Source: Candidatus Avedoeria danica (GTDB taxonomy: Bacteria > Chloroflexota > Anaerolineae > Epilineales > Epilineaceae). From it: 64,000 nt of DNA. The notes beneath the pieces are model-generated. The model did no database searches, was not told the DNA's origin, and saw nothing but the letters and a program-made list of their open reading frames with translations. The translations under genes were made by a program, and so were the position numbers. The stretch lies in the NCBI GenBank assembly GCA_016703025.1, contig JADJCV010000004.1:491164-555163 (forward strand). Direction: 5' to 3'. Within the stretch, counting starts at the first letter, position 1; every line of letters begins with the position of its first letter. Shown here one piece after another: positions 6,757 to 18,583 of the stretch.

Positions 6757-9354
6757 CTAACGACGCGCCGCAGCTGCTCCGATGCGCCCGTGCGTTGCGT
6801 ACGGCAGGTAGACGACGAAACGCGTCGGCCGCGTCGCCGTCGCCGACGGGGCGGCGGTGGCGGTGTGGATCGGCGTGGCGGTGGGCGGGACCGTCGGCGT
6901 CGGCTCGTCTGTCGGCGTTGCGGTGGCGGACGGCAATGGGGTGGGCGTCGGGGTAGGGGGTGATGCGCGGAAGAAGTGGATGCCGGCGTTCTCCGTCCCG
7001 ACCCACATCCCCCCTCGAACGGCATCGAACGCCAACGCGGTGACGGACTTGACGCCGAGCACGTCGGGCGACGGCGCGAGGGCGAGCCAGCTGCGGCCGT
7101 CGAAGATCCGGATCCCGCCCTGCGCCTTGTCGACCGTGTCGAAGCCGACGACGGCGTGCTCCGTGGCCGCGTGGCCGCGCGTCGTGCCTGCCCAGAGCCG
7201 TCCCTGGTCGTCCGTCGCCAGCGCGTCCACCCAGCCCTCGCCCTTGAAGCGTGTCGCGTGCCAGCGACCGCCGTCCCAACGGTTGACGACGGCGTCCGTG
7301 AACGGCCAGACGGCGGCGATCGTGTCCCGTGTGACGTCGATGTCGTACGTCCCCGCCCAGACCTCACCGCTGGCCGACACGACGACGCTGCGCACGTCGC
7401 CCGTCACCAGCGGGTCGCGCCCGAAGCTCGAGCCGTGGTAGCTGTCGAGGCCGTCGCGGCCGCCCGTCCACCCGCCGAAGGTCCGGTCGACGGCGCGGGT
7501 CACGCCGCCGCCGACGCGCGACTCCGTTTCGGGATCGAGGTGATGGCTCGCGGCGGCCCATATCCCGTTCGGGCCGGCGGCCAGGTCGAGGACGGTGTTG
7601 CCGACGAGCGCCCGGCTCGTGCTGTCGTAGGTGTGATCCTCCCATCCCTTCGTCCGCGGGTCGTAGATCGCGATGCCGTTGCCGCGGCTCGTCGTGCCGC
7701 TGGCGCCGGGGCCGTCCGGAGAGGCGCCAAGCCCGATCCACAGCCGCCCGTCCGGTGCGACGAGCACGCTGCCGACATCGTTGTCCGGCAGTTCGGACGA
7801 GCCGTGACGCAGCGGCGGCTGCCATTGCAGCGTGCGCACGTCCAGGGCGCTCACGCCGCCGTCGACCCAGGCGCTGCCGTCGTACGTCGACTTCGTGCTG
7901 GCGACCCACAGTGTGTCCGTGCCGACCGCGAGGTCCGTGATCGCGTCGCCCGCCAGCCGACCGCCGGTGGTGGCGCGCGTCTGCCGCGTCCACGTCCGGC
8001 CGTCATAGTGGAGCAGCCCGTGGCCGCGCGTCCCGGCCCAGAGTCCGCCGTGGCCGTCGATGGCCAACGCCGTGACATCGTTCGTCGCCGGTGTTCCGCC
8101 GGCCGTCGACAGGACGCGCGCCGGCCCGCCGTCCCGTGTCGCGATCCCGCTGCCGTCGCCCGACCCGTCGTTCGACATGCCGTCGGCGGCAAACCAAACG
8201 CGGCCGGCGGCGCCGGCAATCGCCGTGATCGCGGGCGCGCCCGCGGCGGCGGCGGCGGTCGTCCAGCGCGCACCGTCCCAGCGCGACGTGCCGACGGCAC
8301 CGCTCTCGTCCGCGCAGGCGGCCCAGAGCTGGGTGCCGACGGCGGACAGCGCGGTGATGCTCTTGCCGCACAGCCCGTTCTGGGGCCGGTGCCAGTACCA
8401 GTCCTCGCCGTCGAACCGATAGAGGCCGCGCAGCCACGTGCCGGCCCAGAGGGACCCGTCCCGCGGGTCGGCGGCCAGCGTCGTGATCTGCTCGGTCTGC
8501 GGCCCGTTGTTCGGGTTCCCGCCCGGTCCGACGGACGTGACGTGATGCCACGCCCGTTCCCCCGGGTCGTAGTACGACATGGCGGCCCGATCCTCGTCCA
8601 CCCGGTCGCGGCCGTGGGCGAACCAGATCCGGCCGCGGCCGTCGATCAGGCTGGCGATCGCACCGCTGGCGCCGGGGCCCTTCTTGCCGGCGCGAGAGAA
8701 GCGCGTGAACGTGTCGCGCGGGGCGACCGTGAAACGATTGTCGCCGGGCGCCATGCGGGCGATGCCGGCGTCGCCGCTGGCCCATACCGTCCCGTCCGGC
8801 TGGACGACGACGGTCCGCACGACGTCCGACGGCAGGCCGTCGGCCACGTGCCAGCTGGGCCACACCGCGCCGTCGGCACGCACGACGCCGCCGGCGGTGG
8901 CGAGCCAGGCGGTGCCGGCCGGGTCGAACGCGATGTCGTACACGCGGTTGGACGGCAGGCCGGCCTGCGCCGGCGCCGCGAACTGCGCAAACGTCCCGGC
9001 CAACGCGTCCCAGACCACGACCCCGGCGCCCGCCGTGCCGGCCCACAGCCGGTTCGCGTCGCGCGGGTCGGCCTGCAGCGTCAGCACCTCGTCCCCGCTG
9101 GCGAACGTGCGCCACGCGGCCGGGTCGGCCGGGTGGTGGAGTGGCGGGAGCGCCGGGATGCCGGAGATCTGCGCCGCGGCGGGGCGGGCGGCGGCAAGCA
9201 GCGCGCCGGCGGCCACGATGACGCCGGCGACGGCGCGGCGGATGCCGTCGGGCACGCCGGCCCGACCGATCCCGGTCGGGCGACGGCGGCCTTGCGCACA
9301 ACTGGATGTCGAACGGGTCACGACGAGCGAGCCATCGGGGGGGATGGGCGTCAA
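6757..9354 (-). CDS. Secreted two-component-regulator-propeller-like (Reg_prop/Y_Y_Y-type) beta-propeller repeat protein with C-terminal Pro/Thr-rich linker
   Basis: 865-aa ORF, N-terminal signal-like segment (VIVAAGALLAAARPAAAQ), many W/G-rich beta-propeller blade repeats (LWAGT, VWAST, WIGLG), PTPTPTP tail. Confidence 0.55.
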   Translation of the reverse strand: MTPIPPDGSLVVTRSTSSCAQGRRRPTGIGRAGVPDGIRRAVAGVIVAAGALLAAARPAAAQISGIPALPPLHHPADPAAWRTFASGDEVLTLQADPRDANRLWAGTAGAGVVVWDALAGTFAQFAAPAQAGLPSNRVYDIAFDPAGTAWLATAGGVVRADGAVWPSWHVADGLPSDVVRTVVVQPDGTVWASGDAGIARMAPGDNRFTVAPRDTFTRFSRAGKKGPGASGAIASLIDGRGRIWFAHGRDRVDEDRAAMSYYDPGERAWHHVTSVGPGGNPNNGPQTEQITTLAADPRDGSLWAGTWLRGLYRFDGEDWYWHRPQNGLCGKSITALSAVGTQLWAACADESGAVGTSRWDGARWTTAAAAAGAPAITAIAGAAGRVWFAADGMSNDGSGDGSGIATRDGGPARVLSTAGGTPATNDVTALAIDGHGGLWAGTRGHGLLHYDGRTWTRQTRATTGGRLAGDAITDLAVGTDTLWVASTKSTYDGSAWVDGGVSALDVRTLQWQPPLRHGSSELPDNDVGSVLVAPDGRLWIGLGASPDGPGASGTTSRGNGIAIYDPRTKGWEDHTYDSTSRALVGNTVLDLAAGPNGIWAAASHHLDPETESRVGGGVTRAVDRTFGGWTGGRDGLDSYHGSSFGRDPLVTGDVRSVVVSASGEVWAGTYDIDVTRDTIAAVWPFTDAVVNRWDGGRWHATRFKGEGWVDALATDDQGRLWAGTTRGHAATEHAVVGFDTVDKAQGGIRIFDGRSWLALAPSPDVLGVKSVTALAFDAVRGGMWVGTENAGIHFFRASPPTPTPTPLPSATATPTDEPTPTVPPTATPIHTATAAPSATATRPTRFVVYLPYATHGRIGAAAARR

Positions 9355-9592
9355 GGGTGGTTACGTCCTTCGAGGTGGCCGAACGGGGGAAGGGGGCCAG
9401 ATCGAACGGTGCGGATCGGATCGGTCGACATGCGAAGTCGGTGGCCGGGCGAACCGGCAATTAAGACGGAGGGGGTGAGAGCGGGGTTACGACGGGCGAG
9501 CCCGGACGCATGACGGTGCAGCGCCCAGGCGGATGGGCGTTCGTTGCCGCGCCGTGGATCATGGCCGCACGTTCAGGCGGTATGCCTATGCC

Positions 9593-11089
9593 TTACGGAT
9601 AGCACAACTGCACGCGCGCCAGCCGCAGCTGCGTGCCGTCATCGCTCGCGTAGGCCCATCCCACGTCGCCGTTCGGGTAGTTCTCGAAGTCGTCGTGGGC
9701 GCCGACGGCGGCCGGCACGCTGACCGGCGCCTCGCGCGGTTCGGCACGGGTGCTGAAGACCGAGAGCTTGAGCTGATCGCCCTCGTTCCAGCCGACGAGG
9801 AGATGCTCGCCGTAGTTGGCCATGTGCGGGGCGACCTCGTCGACGGCGGCGCTGTTCGTGAACCAATACGGGTCGCTGATCTCCTCGGCATCGCCATATA
9901 CCCGCACGAGGCCGATGTCGTACGACTTGCGGCCCTCCTTGGACTGGAAGTTCAGGGCGAAGCCGTCGTCTTCACCGCGGCCCTCGATCGTGACGAGCCC
10001 GCCGAGCGCCGCGTCGCTGTGGCCGTTGCCGTCCCCGCTCGGCTCGCTCTTCAGCGTCGGGCCGTGGCGGTAGACGATCGCTTTGGCCGGGAAGCTGTCG
10101 GAAAGGCAGACCGGGCCGACGATGTCTTGCCGGCGGTTGTAGCGCAGCCGGACGTCGAGGCTGTGGCTGCAGCCCCAGTCCCACTGCGGGTAGTCCCGCG
10201 CCTTCTCGGTCTCGGGCAGGACGCGCTTGCCGTCGCCGTCGAACAGCCACATGAGATCGCCCTGGTGGACGCCGCCCGAGCCGAAGTTCTGGGTGTGGCC
10301 GATGTACGCGGCGAAGACCTCGCCCGTCCAGCGCAGACGGCTCTCGTGCGTCCAGTCCGGGCGCGCCCACTTCTTGCCGCTGCCCGTGCCGCCGTCCCCG
10401 ACGACGACGGTCTTCCACGGCACGGTCCCATCCGTCTTGAATCGGACGAGGAGCATCTGGGTGTTGTTCCGCACGAGGGCCGCCCCGCCGTCGGCGCCGA
10501 CGGCCGCCAGCCCGTGGACGCTGTCACCCTGCACCTTGACGTCGTCGTGCTCCCGCCGGCCGAGCGATGTCACGAACGAGAAGTGGATCTGACCGTCCGT
10601 GTCCGGCCACGCCACGATCGTCCGGCCGAGGTCGACCGGCGCGGCGAGGACCGGCATGCTGGTGAAGTACGTCGCTCGGCGATTCACCTCGTACTCGCCG
10701 ATATCGATCGGGCGGGTCGAGACACGGGTGTCGAGCGGGCCGCGGCACGGGCCCGGCTGTCCCGGGATCGCGGTCGGGGACGGGACGGCCGTCGGCTCGG
10801 ACGTGTTCGTCGGCTCAGGGGTGTTGGTGGGCGGCGGTGCGGTCTGCGCGGCCGGGATATCGCGCCGCAGCGCCTGTCGCATGACGAGGGACAAGTAGAT
10901 CCGCTCGACGCGCGGCGGCGGGGCGAACTGCGCGACGTTGGCTGCCCGGACGGCGTCGAACGGCGCCGCCGGGCCTGTCGCGATCGCACCGAGCGCCGCG
11001 ACGAAGGCGCCGCACGCCACGCGCCGCCATCCGTGCCGTCCGTTCGGCTGTCCACCGTGCGCTGCTGTCTGTCGGGTGCGACCCATCAT
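9593..11089 (-). CDS. Secreted hypothetical protein
   Basis: ORF 9593..11173(-); preferred start is the ATGATG at 11089 preceded by GAGGAG RBS, followed by signal-like RRVACGAFVAALGAIATGPAA. No recognisable domain. Confidence 0.45.
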   Translation of the reverse strand: MMGRTRQTAAHGGQPNGRHGWRRVACGAFVAALGAIATGPAAPFDAVRAANVAQFAPPPRVERIYLSLVMRQALRRDIPAAQTAPPPTNTPEPTNTSEPTAVPSPTAIPGQPGPCRGPLDTRVSTRPIDIGEYEVNRRATYFTSMPVLAAPVDLGRTIVAWPDTDGQIHFSFVTSLGRREHDDVKVQGDSVHGLAAVGADGGAALVRNNTQMLLVRFKTDGTVPWKTVVVGDGGTGSGKKWARPDWTHESRLRWTGEVFAAYIGHTQNFGSGGVHQGDLMWLFDGDGKRVLPETEKARDYPQWDWGCSHSLDVRLRYNRRQDIVGPVCLSDSFPAKAIVYRHGPTLKSEPSGDGNGHSDAALGGLVTIEGRGEDDGFALNFQSKEGRKSYDIGLVRVYGDAEEISDPYWFTNSAAVDEVAPHMANYGEHLLVGWNEGDQLKLSVFSTRAEPREAPVSVPAAVGAHDDFENYPNGDVGWAYASDDGTQLRLARVQLCYP

Positions 11090-11216
11090 CAGATGCTCTC
11101 CTCGAACCTGTGACCGTGCGCTGCAGTGCGGCGTATGGCGACACAATATGGCAGAGGACGGGGCGCCTGACAAGGTGCGTTTCGCCGTGCCCTCGCATCG
11201 GCGTTGCCCGACGATC

Positions 11217-12902
11217 TCAGCCCCGCGTCAAGCTCCGATACCGGATCCGATGCGGCGTGTCGGCGGCCGTTCCGAGGCGCCGACGCCGATCGGCCTCGTA
11301 ATCCTGGAAGTTGCCCTCGAACCAGCGCACGACGCTGTCGCCCTCGAACGCCAGGATGTGCGTCGCCACGCGGTCCAGGAACCAGCGGTCGTGGCTGACG
11401 ATCACGGCGCACCCGGCGAACTGCTCGATCGCCTCCTCGAGCGCCCGGAGCGTGTTGAGGTCGAGGTCGTTCGTCGGCTCGTCCAAGAGCAGGACGTTGG
11501 CGCCCGATCGCAGCATCCGGGCCAGGTTCACGCGGTTGCGCTCGCCGCCGGACAGCACGCCGACCTTCTTCTGTTGGTCCGAGCCCATGAAGTTGAAGCC
11601 CGATACGTATCCGCGTGAGTTCACGGTCCGCGGGCCGAGCTGCAGGAACTCGTCGCCTTCGGTGATCGCCTGCCAGACGGTCTCGTCGGCGGCCAACTGG
11701 GCGCGCGACTGGTCGACGTATGCCAGTTTGACGGTCTCGCCGACGGTCACCGTCCCGGCGTCGGGCACGTCCTCACCGGTGATCATCTCGAGCATCGTCG
11801 TCTTGCCGGCGCCGTTCGGGCCGATGACGCCGACGATGCAGCCCGGTGGGATCATGAACGACAGGTTCTCGAAGAGCAGCTTGTCGCCGAACGCCTTCGT
11901 GACGCCGTCGAACGTGATCACGACGTCGCCCAGCCGCGGGCCGGGCGGGATGTAGATCTCGAGGTCGGTCCGCTCGCGCTCGCCCTCCTCGCCGAGCATC
12001 CGCTCGTAGGCCGTGACCCGCGCCTTCCCCTTGGCGTGCCGCGCCTTGGGCGCCATTCGGATCCACTCGAGCTCGCGCGCCAGCGTCTGCTGCCGCCGCG
12101 AGTCGGCCTTGGCTTCGTTCGCCAGCCGCGCCTGCTTCTGCTCCAGCCACGACGTGTAGTTGCCACGCCACGGGATGCCGTGGCCGCGGTCGAGCTCGAG
12201 GATCCACTGCGCGACGTTGTCCAGGAAGTAGCGGTCGTGCGTCACCGCGATGACGGTGCCCTTGTACTGCTGCAGGTGCCGCTCGAGCCACTGGACGCTT
12301 TCGGCGTCGAGGTGGTTCGTCGGCTCGTCCAGGAGGAGGATGTCCGGCTCGGTGAGGAGCAGTCGGCACAGCGCGACGCGGCGGCGCTCGCCGCCGGAGA
12401 GGACGCGGATGGGCGTTTCGGGCGGTGGGCAGCGCAGCGCATCCATCGCGTGCTCGAGACGGCCGGCCAGGCTCCAGCCGTCGACGGCCTCGATCCGCTG
12501 CCCGAGCTTGGCCTGCGTCTCGATGAGCGCGTCCATCTCGTCGCCCGACAGATCTTCGGCGAAGCGCCCGGAGAGCACGTCGTACTCGGCCATCAGATCG
12601 ATGACGGGCTGCACGGCTTCCTCGACGACCTGGCGAACGGTCTTGTCATCGTCGAGGGACGGCTCCTGATGCAGCATCCCGCGCGTCACGCCTTTGTCGA
12701 TGATGATCTGCCCGGTGAAGCCGTCGTCCTCGCCGGCCATGATGCGCAGCAGGCTGCTCTTGCCGGCGCCGTTCAGGCCGAGGACGCCGATCTTGGCGCC
12801 GTAGTAGAACGAGAGCGAGATGTCGCGCAGGACGTGGCGGTCCGGCGGATGGAAGCGGCCGACGCCGATCATGGAAAAGAGAATCTGTTGGTTGTCGGAC
12901 AT
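11217..12902 (-). CDS. ettA: ABC-F family ATPase, energy-dependent translational throttle EttA
   Basis: 561 aa, two ABC ATPase cassettes (GLNGAGKSSLLRIMAG ... GPNGAGKTTMLEMITG, LSGGERRRVAL/LSGGERNRVNL), N-terminus near-identical in pattern to EttA. Confidence 0.9.
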   Translation of the reverse strand: MSDNQQILFSMIGVGRFHPPDRHVLRDISLSFYYGAKIGVLGLNGAGKSSLLRIMAGEDDGFTGQIIIDKGVTRGMLHQEPSLDDDKTVRQVVEEAVQPVIDLMAEYDVLSGRFAEDLSGDEMDALIETQAKLGQRIEAVDGWSLAGRLEHAMDALRCPPPETPIRVLSGGERRRVALCRLLLTEPDILLLDEPTNHLDAESVQWLERHLQQYKGTVIAVTHDRYFLDNVAQWILELDRGHGIPWRGNYTSWLEQKQARLANEAKADSRRQQTLARELEWIRMAPKARHAKGKARVTAYERMLGEEGERERTDLEIYIPPGPRLGDVVITFDGVTKAFGDKLLFENLSFMIPPGCIVGVIGPNGAGKTTMLEMITGEDVPDAGTVTVGETVKLAYVDQSRAQLAADETVWQAITEGDEFLQLGPRTVNSRGYVSGFNFMGSDQQKKVGVLSGGERNRVNLARMLRSGANVLLLDEPTNDLDLNTLRALEEAIEQFAGCAVIVSHDRWFLDRVATHILAFEGDSVVRWFEGNFQDYEADRRRRLGTAADTPHRIRYRSLTRG

Positions 12903-13024
12903 CGTGTGGACCTCAAGCGGGGCAACGGCACGGGCACGCCGGCGATTCGTGTAGTCATTGCCTATCGAACGGCGGCGCGAGCCGTTATCCTATGGGTTCG
13001 CCGAACCGATGGGAAGGATGGACG

Positions 13025-13753
13025 ATGACGACCGAACCCACAGGGCCGACCGGGAATGCCGCCGCCGCCGACGTTGCGACGCCGGCGGCCGGGTCGCCGC
13101 CGATCAAGGCGTACGGCGCCGGCGATCCCGCCTTGGCCGCCTACGTCGAGTCCGTGTTCGCGCCCGAGGACGGCGTCCTGCGCGCCGCCCGCGAGCGCTC
13201 CGCCGCCGCCGGTCTGCCGCTCATCCACGTCGGCGCGATGGACGCGCGCCACCTCGAGGTCGTGACGCGCGCTGTCGGGGCGGTGAAGGCGGTCGAAATC
13301 GGCACGCTCGGCGGCTACTCGGGCATCGCGATCGCCCGCGGCCTGGCGCCCGGCGGGCACCTCTGGACGCTCGAACTGGAAGCCGAGCGCGCCGAGCTGG
13401 CGCGGGCAAACTTCGCGGCGGCGGGCGTCGCCGACCGCGTAACCGTCGTCGTCGGCCCGGCGCTGGACAACCTGCCGGCGCTGGCGGCCGACGGCCCGTT
13501 CGACCTCGTGTTCATCGACGCGGACAAGGGCGGCTACGGCGCGTACCTGGACTGGGCGGCGGACCACCTGCGCCCGGGCGGCGTCGTCCTCGGGGACAAC
13601 GCGTTCGCGTGGGGGGGCGTCGTGGGGGACGAAGCGCCGAGCGATGACGCGGCGGCGATAAAGGCGTTCAACGCGCGGCTGGCGGGGGACGGGCGGTGGC
13701 GGGCGACGATGTGGCCGACGGCGGAGGGGCTGGCGATGGGGGTGCGGGTGTAG
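13025..13753 (+). CDS. Class I SAM-dependent O-methyltransferase (caffeoyl-CoA OMT-like, Methyltransf_3)
   Basis: VEIGTLGGYSGIAIA...DLVFIDADK...VVLGDN motifs; ATG at 13025 preceded by GGAAGGA RBS (ORF track starts at 12992). Confidence 0.75.
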   Translation: MTTEPTGPTGNAAAADVATPAAGSPPIKAYGAGDPALAAYVESVFAPEDGVLRAARERSAAAGLPLIHVGAMDARHLEVVTRAVGAVKAVEIGTLGGYSGIAIARGLAPGGHLWTLELEAERAELARANFAAAGVADRVTVVVGPALDNLPALAADGPFDLVFIDADKGGYGAYLDWAADHLRPGGVVLGDNAFAWGGVVGDEAPSDDAAAIKAFNARLAGDGRWRATMWPTAEGLAMGVRV

Positions 13754-13777
13754 GGCCTGGCGCGGGCCGCCGTTTCA

Positions 13778-13805
13778 TTGCCCCCCCGCCTCATTCCCAT
13801 ATACT
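13778..13805 (+). promoter_or_regulatory. Candidate sdh operon promoter (TTGCCC-16-TATACT)
   Basis: TATACT at 13800-13805 (same -10 hexamer as the ssb and sRNA-candidate promoters), -35-like TTGCCC at 13778-13783. Confidence 0.35.
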
Positions 13806-13871
13806 TACCAAGGTTCGGCGGCCGGTGAGGGCGGCCGAGCCTTGTCTCGTCGCGAGAGGGGGAGAAACCGC

Positions 13872-14291
13872 ATGGCCAGTATGCGCACGGCCGGCACGCT
13901 GCCGCGCCCGGGGCTTTGGCGTCGCCTGCTCGGCATCCTGCGCTACCGCGGGCACGAGGGGCAGTGGTCGTGGATGCTGCACCGGGCGGCCGGGCTCGGC
14001 ATCATCCTGTTCCTCTATCTCCACATCTTCGACATCTGGCTGATCGGGCTGGGCGAGGAAACGTTCAACGACTTCCTCTTCCTCTACAGCCACCCGGTGT
14101 TCAAGGTGTTCGAGACGTTCCTCATCTTCGGCGTGCTGTTCCATGCCGTGAACGGCGCGCGGATCATCCTGGTGGACCTCGTGCCCGGGATGACCCGACA
14201 CCAGCGCAAGCTCGTCTACATCGAGACAGCCATCATGCTCACCGTCCTCGTCCCGACCGTCTGGGTCACCCTCGAATCCTTGTTTCGCTGA
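13872..14291 (+). CDS. sdhC: Succinate dehydrogenase cytochrome b subunit SdhC
   Basis: 3-TM hydrophobic protein with His-containing heme-ligand region; ATG at 13872 after GGGGGAG RBS; first gene of sdhCDAB. Confidence 0.8.
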   Translation: MASMRTAGTLPRPGLWRRLLGILRYRGHEGQWSWMLHRAAGLGIILFLYLHIFDIWLIGLGEETFNDFLFLYSHPVFKVFETFLIFGVLFHAVNGARIILVDLVPGMTRHQRKLVYIETAIMLTVLVPTVWVTLESLFR

Positions 14292-14305
14292 ACGCGGAGG
14301 TGAGC

Positions 14306-14725
14306 GTGAGCATTTACCGCACCCCGCGCGCCGAGCGCGTGCGCGCGCAAGGCAACTTCGAACTGTACGCATGGTTCTTCATGCGCGTCAGCGGCCTCGT
14401 CCTGTTGTTCATCGCCGTGTTCCATCTGCTCTACATGCACTTGTACGCGCGGGTCGAGACGATCGACTACGCCTGGGTCGTGCAGCGCTGGTCGAATCCG
14501 GGGTGGCGGCTGTACGACTGGCTGCTCCTGACGTTCGCGCTGTCGCACGGCACGAACGGCGTGCGGACCGTGATCGACGACTACGTGCCGCGCGGCCTCG
14601 GCAACGTCGTCTGCAAGTGGACGGCGTTCGGCTTGGCGCTCTTCTTCTTCGTCATGGGCACCCAGGTCATCCTGACCACCAAGGTCCCGGCAGCCGCGCT
14701 GGCGCTGCTCCGCCTCGTCGCCTAA
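14306..14725 (+). CDS. sdhD: Succinate dehydrogenase hydrophobic membrane anchor SdhD
   Basis: C-terminal part of ORF 13916..14725 ([11 protein letters not shown]...[16 protein letters not shown]...[15 protein letters not shown]); GTG start at 14300/14306 just after sdhC stop. Confidence 0.7.
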   Translation: MSIYRTPRAERVRAQGNFELYAWFFMRVSGLVLLFIAVFHLLYMHLYARVETIDYAWVVQRWSNPGWRLYDWLLLTFALSHGTNGVRTVIDDYVPRGLGNVVCKWTAFGLALFFFVMGTQVILTTKVPAAALALLRLVA

Positions 14726-14777
14726 TCGAACCGCCGCGCGGCGGGCCGTTGTCCGGCGCCGCGTGTCAGGGGGAATC

Positions 14778-16592
<1,815 letters not shown>

Positions 16593-17294
16593 ATGGATGT
16601 CCACCTCAAGGTCCGACGCTTCAACCCCGAACGGGACACCGAGCCGTGGTGGGGTGAGTACACCGTCGAGGCCGAGCCCGATGACACCGTGCTCACGGCG
16701 CTGAACATCGTGAAGTGGTACCACGACGGCACGCTGGCCGTCCGGCGCAGCTGCAACCACGGCGTGTGCGGCAGCGACGCGCTCCGGATCAACGGCCAGA
16801 ACCGGCTGGCGTGCAAGACGATCCTCAAGGACGTCGGCAAGCACGTCACCGTCGAACCGATCGGCGGCCTGCCGGTGCTCAAAGACCTCATCGTCGACAT
16901 GGTGCCCTTCTTCGACAGCTATCGGGCGGTCAGCCCGTTCCTGATCAACGACGAGACGCCGGGCGAGCGCGAGCGGCTGCAGTCGCCCGAGGAGCGCGAA
17001 CGGTTCGACGACTCGACGAAGTGCATCCTGTGCGCGGCGTGCACGACGAGCTGTCCGTCGTTCCTGGCGAACGATCAGTTCATCGGCCCGGCGTCGATCG
17101 TGCAGGCGCACCGATTCATGTTCGACAGCCGGGACCGCGGCGCCGCCGAGCGGCTCGAAGTACTGAACGACGGCGACGGCGTCTGGCGCTGCCGCACGAT
17201 CTTCAACTGCACGGAGGCCTGTCCGCGCGGCATCGAGGTGACGCGGCGGATCGGCGAGGTGAAGAAGGCGCTCTTGTTCAACAAGGTGCGCTGA
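16593..17294 (+). CDS. sdhB: Succinate dehydrogenase iron-sulfur subunit SdhB
   Basis: Cys clusters CNHGVCGSDA..C (2Fe-2S), CILCAACTTSCP (4Fe-4S), CTEACP (3Fe-4S). Confidence 0.9.
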   Translation: MDVHLKVRRFNPERDTEPWWGEYTVEAEPDDTVLTALNIVKWYHDGTLAVRRSCNHGVCGSDALRINGQNRLACKTILKDVGKHVTVEPIGGLPVLKDLIVDMVPFFDSYRAVSPFLINDETPGERERLQSPEERERFDDSTKCILCAACTTSCPSFLANDQFIGPASIVQAHRFMFDSRDRGAAERLEVLNDGDGVWRCRTIFNCTEACPRGIEVTRRIGEVKKALLFNKVR

Positions 17295-17415
17295 CGCCGA
17301 TCGAGTGGGTATCGCAAGGGGTACGCGACGGGGCGCAGGCGCGCGCCGCGTAGCGCGAGCTTCCGGGTCGATCTGAAGGGTCGGCCGGCTGAACACGTTG
17401 AGGAGATGTGAGATC

Positions 17416-18579
17416 GTGTCTGACATTCTGATCAAGGGCCTCGACGGAGTCGTCGTCGCCCAGTCCTCCAAGAGCAAGGTGTACGGCGAGATTGGGAAGC
17501 TGATCTATGGTGGCTACGCCATCGAGGATCTGGCCGAGAACGTGACGTTCGAGGAGGTGATCCACCTTCTGTGGTACGGCGAGCTGCCGAACCAGGCGCA
17601 ACTGGCCGCGCTCAAGTCGGAGCTGGCCGACCTGCGCGCAGTGCCGGACGGCGTCCTGGCCGTCCTGCGCGATCTGCCGCTCGACGCCCACCCGATGTCC
17701 GTCCTCCGGACGCTCGTCAGCGCCCTCGGCTGCCTGGACAACGCGGACGCCGAAGCCGCCGCGCGCGACGAAGCGGCCCGCTGGCGTTGCGCCAAGCGGC
17801 TCGTGGCGCGCATCCCGACGCTGATCGCCGCCCACGAGCGGCACCGCCGTGGCCAACCGATGGTCGCCCCGCGCGCCGATCTGGCGCACGCCGCCAACTT
17901 CCTGCACATGCTCCACGGCACGCCGCCCGGCCCGCGCGCCGAACGCGCGCTGGACGCCTACCTGGTCCTCCTGGCCGATCACGGCTTCAACGCCAGCACG
18001 TTCTCGGCCCGCGTGACGGTGTCCACCGAGTCCGATCCGTACTCGGCGATCACGACCGCCATCGGAACGCTCAAGGGCCCGCTGCACGGCGGCGCGAACG
18101 AACGCGTGATGGCGATGCTGGAGCAGATCGGCGACCCGTCCAGGGCCAAGGCGTTCGTGGACGAGACGTTGTCCGGCAAAGGCCGGATCCCCGGCATCGG
18201 TCACCGCGTCTACAAGACGCTTGACCCGCGCGCCGGCGTGCTGCGCCGCCTGAGCGAGGAGCTCGTGGCCGAGGTGGGCGACAGCCCCGAGCGCCGCTAC
18301 CACGAGATCGCGACGAACGTTGCCGATGCCGCGGCCGCGTGGTTCGAGACGAACCGACCGGACCTGCGCCTCCACCCGAACGTCGACTTCTACTCGGCGA
18401 TCGCGCTGCGCGTGGCCGGCGTCCCAACGGACCAGTTCACGCCGATGTTCGCGATGAGCCGCGTGGCCGGCTACACCGCCCACATCCTCGAGCAGTACGC
18501 GGACAACCGGTTGATCCGGCCGCGCGGGGAGTACGTCGGTCCGCTGGACCGCGTGGTGGCGCCGATCGAGGAGCGGTAA
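17416..18579 (+). CDS. gltA: Citrate synthase
   Basis: ~388-aa citrate synthase family (GPLHGGANE, catalytic His/Asp regions); probable GTG start at 17416 after GAGGAG RBS (ORF track TTG 17398). Confidence 0.85.
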   Translation: MSDILIKGLDGVVVAQSSKSKVYGEIGKLIYGGYAIEDLAENVTFEEVIHLLWYGELPNQAQLAALKSELADLRAVPDGVLAVLRDLPLDAHPMSVLRTLVSALGCLDNADAEAAARDEAARWRCAKRLVARIPTLIAAHERHRRGQPMVAPRADLAHAANFLHMLHGTPPGPRAERALDAYLVLLADHGFNASTFSARVTVSTESDPYSAITTAIGTLKGPLHGGANERVMAMLEQIGDPSRAKAFVDETLSGKGRIPGIGHRVYKTLDPRAGVLRRLSEELVAEVGDSPERRYHEIATNVADAAAAWFETNRPDLRLHPNVDFYSAIALRVAGVPTDQFTPMFAMSRVAGYTAHILEQYADNRLIRPRGEYVGPLDRVVAPIEER

Positions 18580-18583
18580 TCGC

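Noticed and set aside
9354-9593. Scanned larger intergenic gaps (9354-9593, 17294-17398, 21354-21487, 60060-60327) for tRNA genes
   Set aside because: No GGTTCGAnTCC-type T-arms or cloverleaf-compatible sequence noticed; cannot run tRNAscan so low-level false negatives possible.
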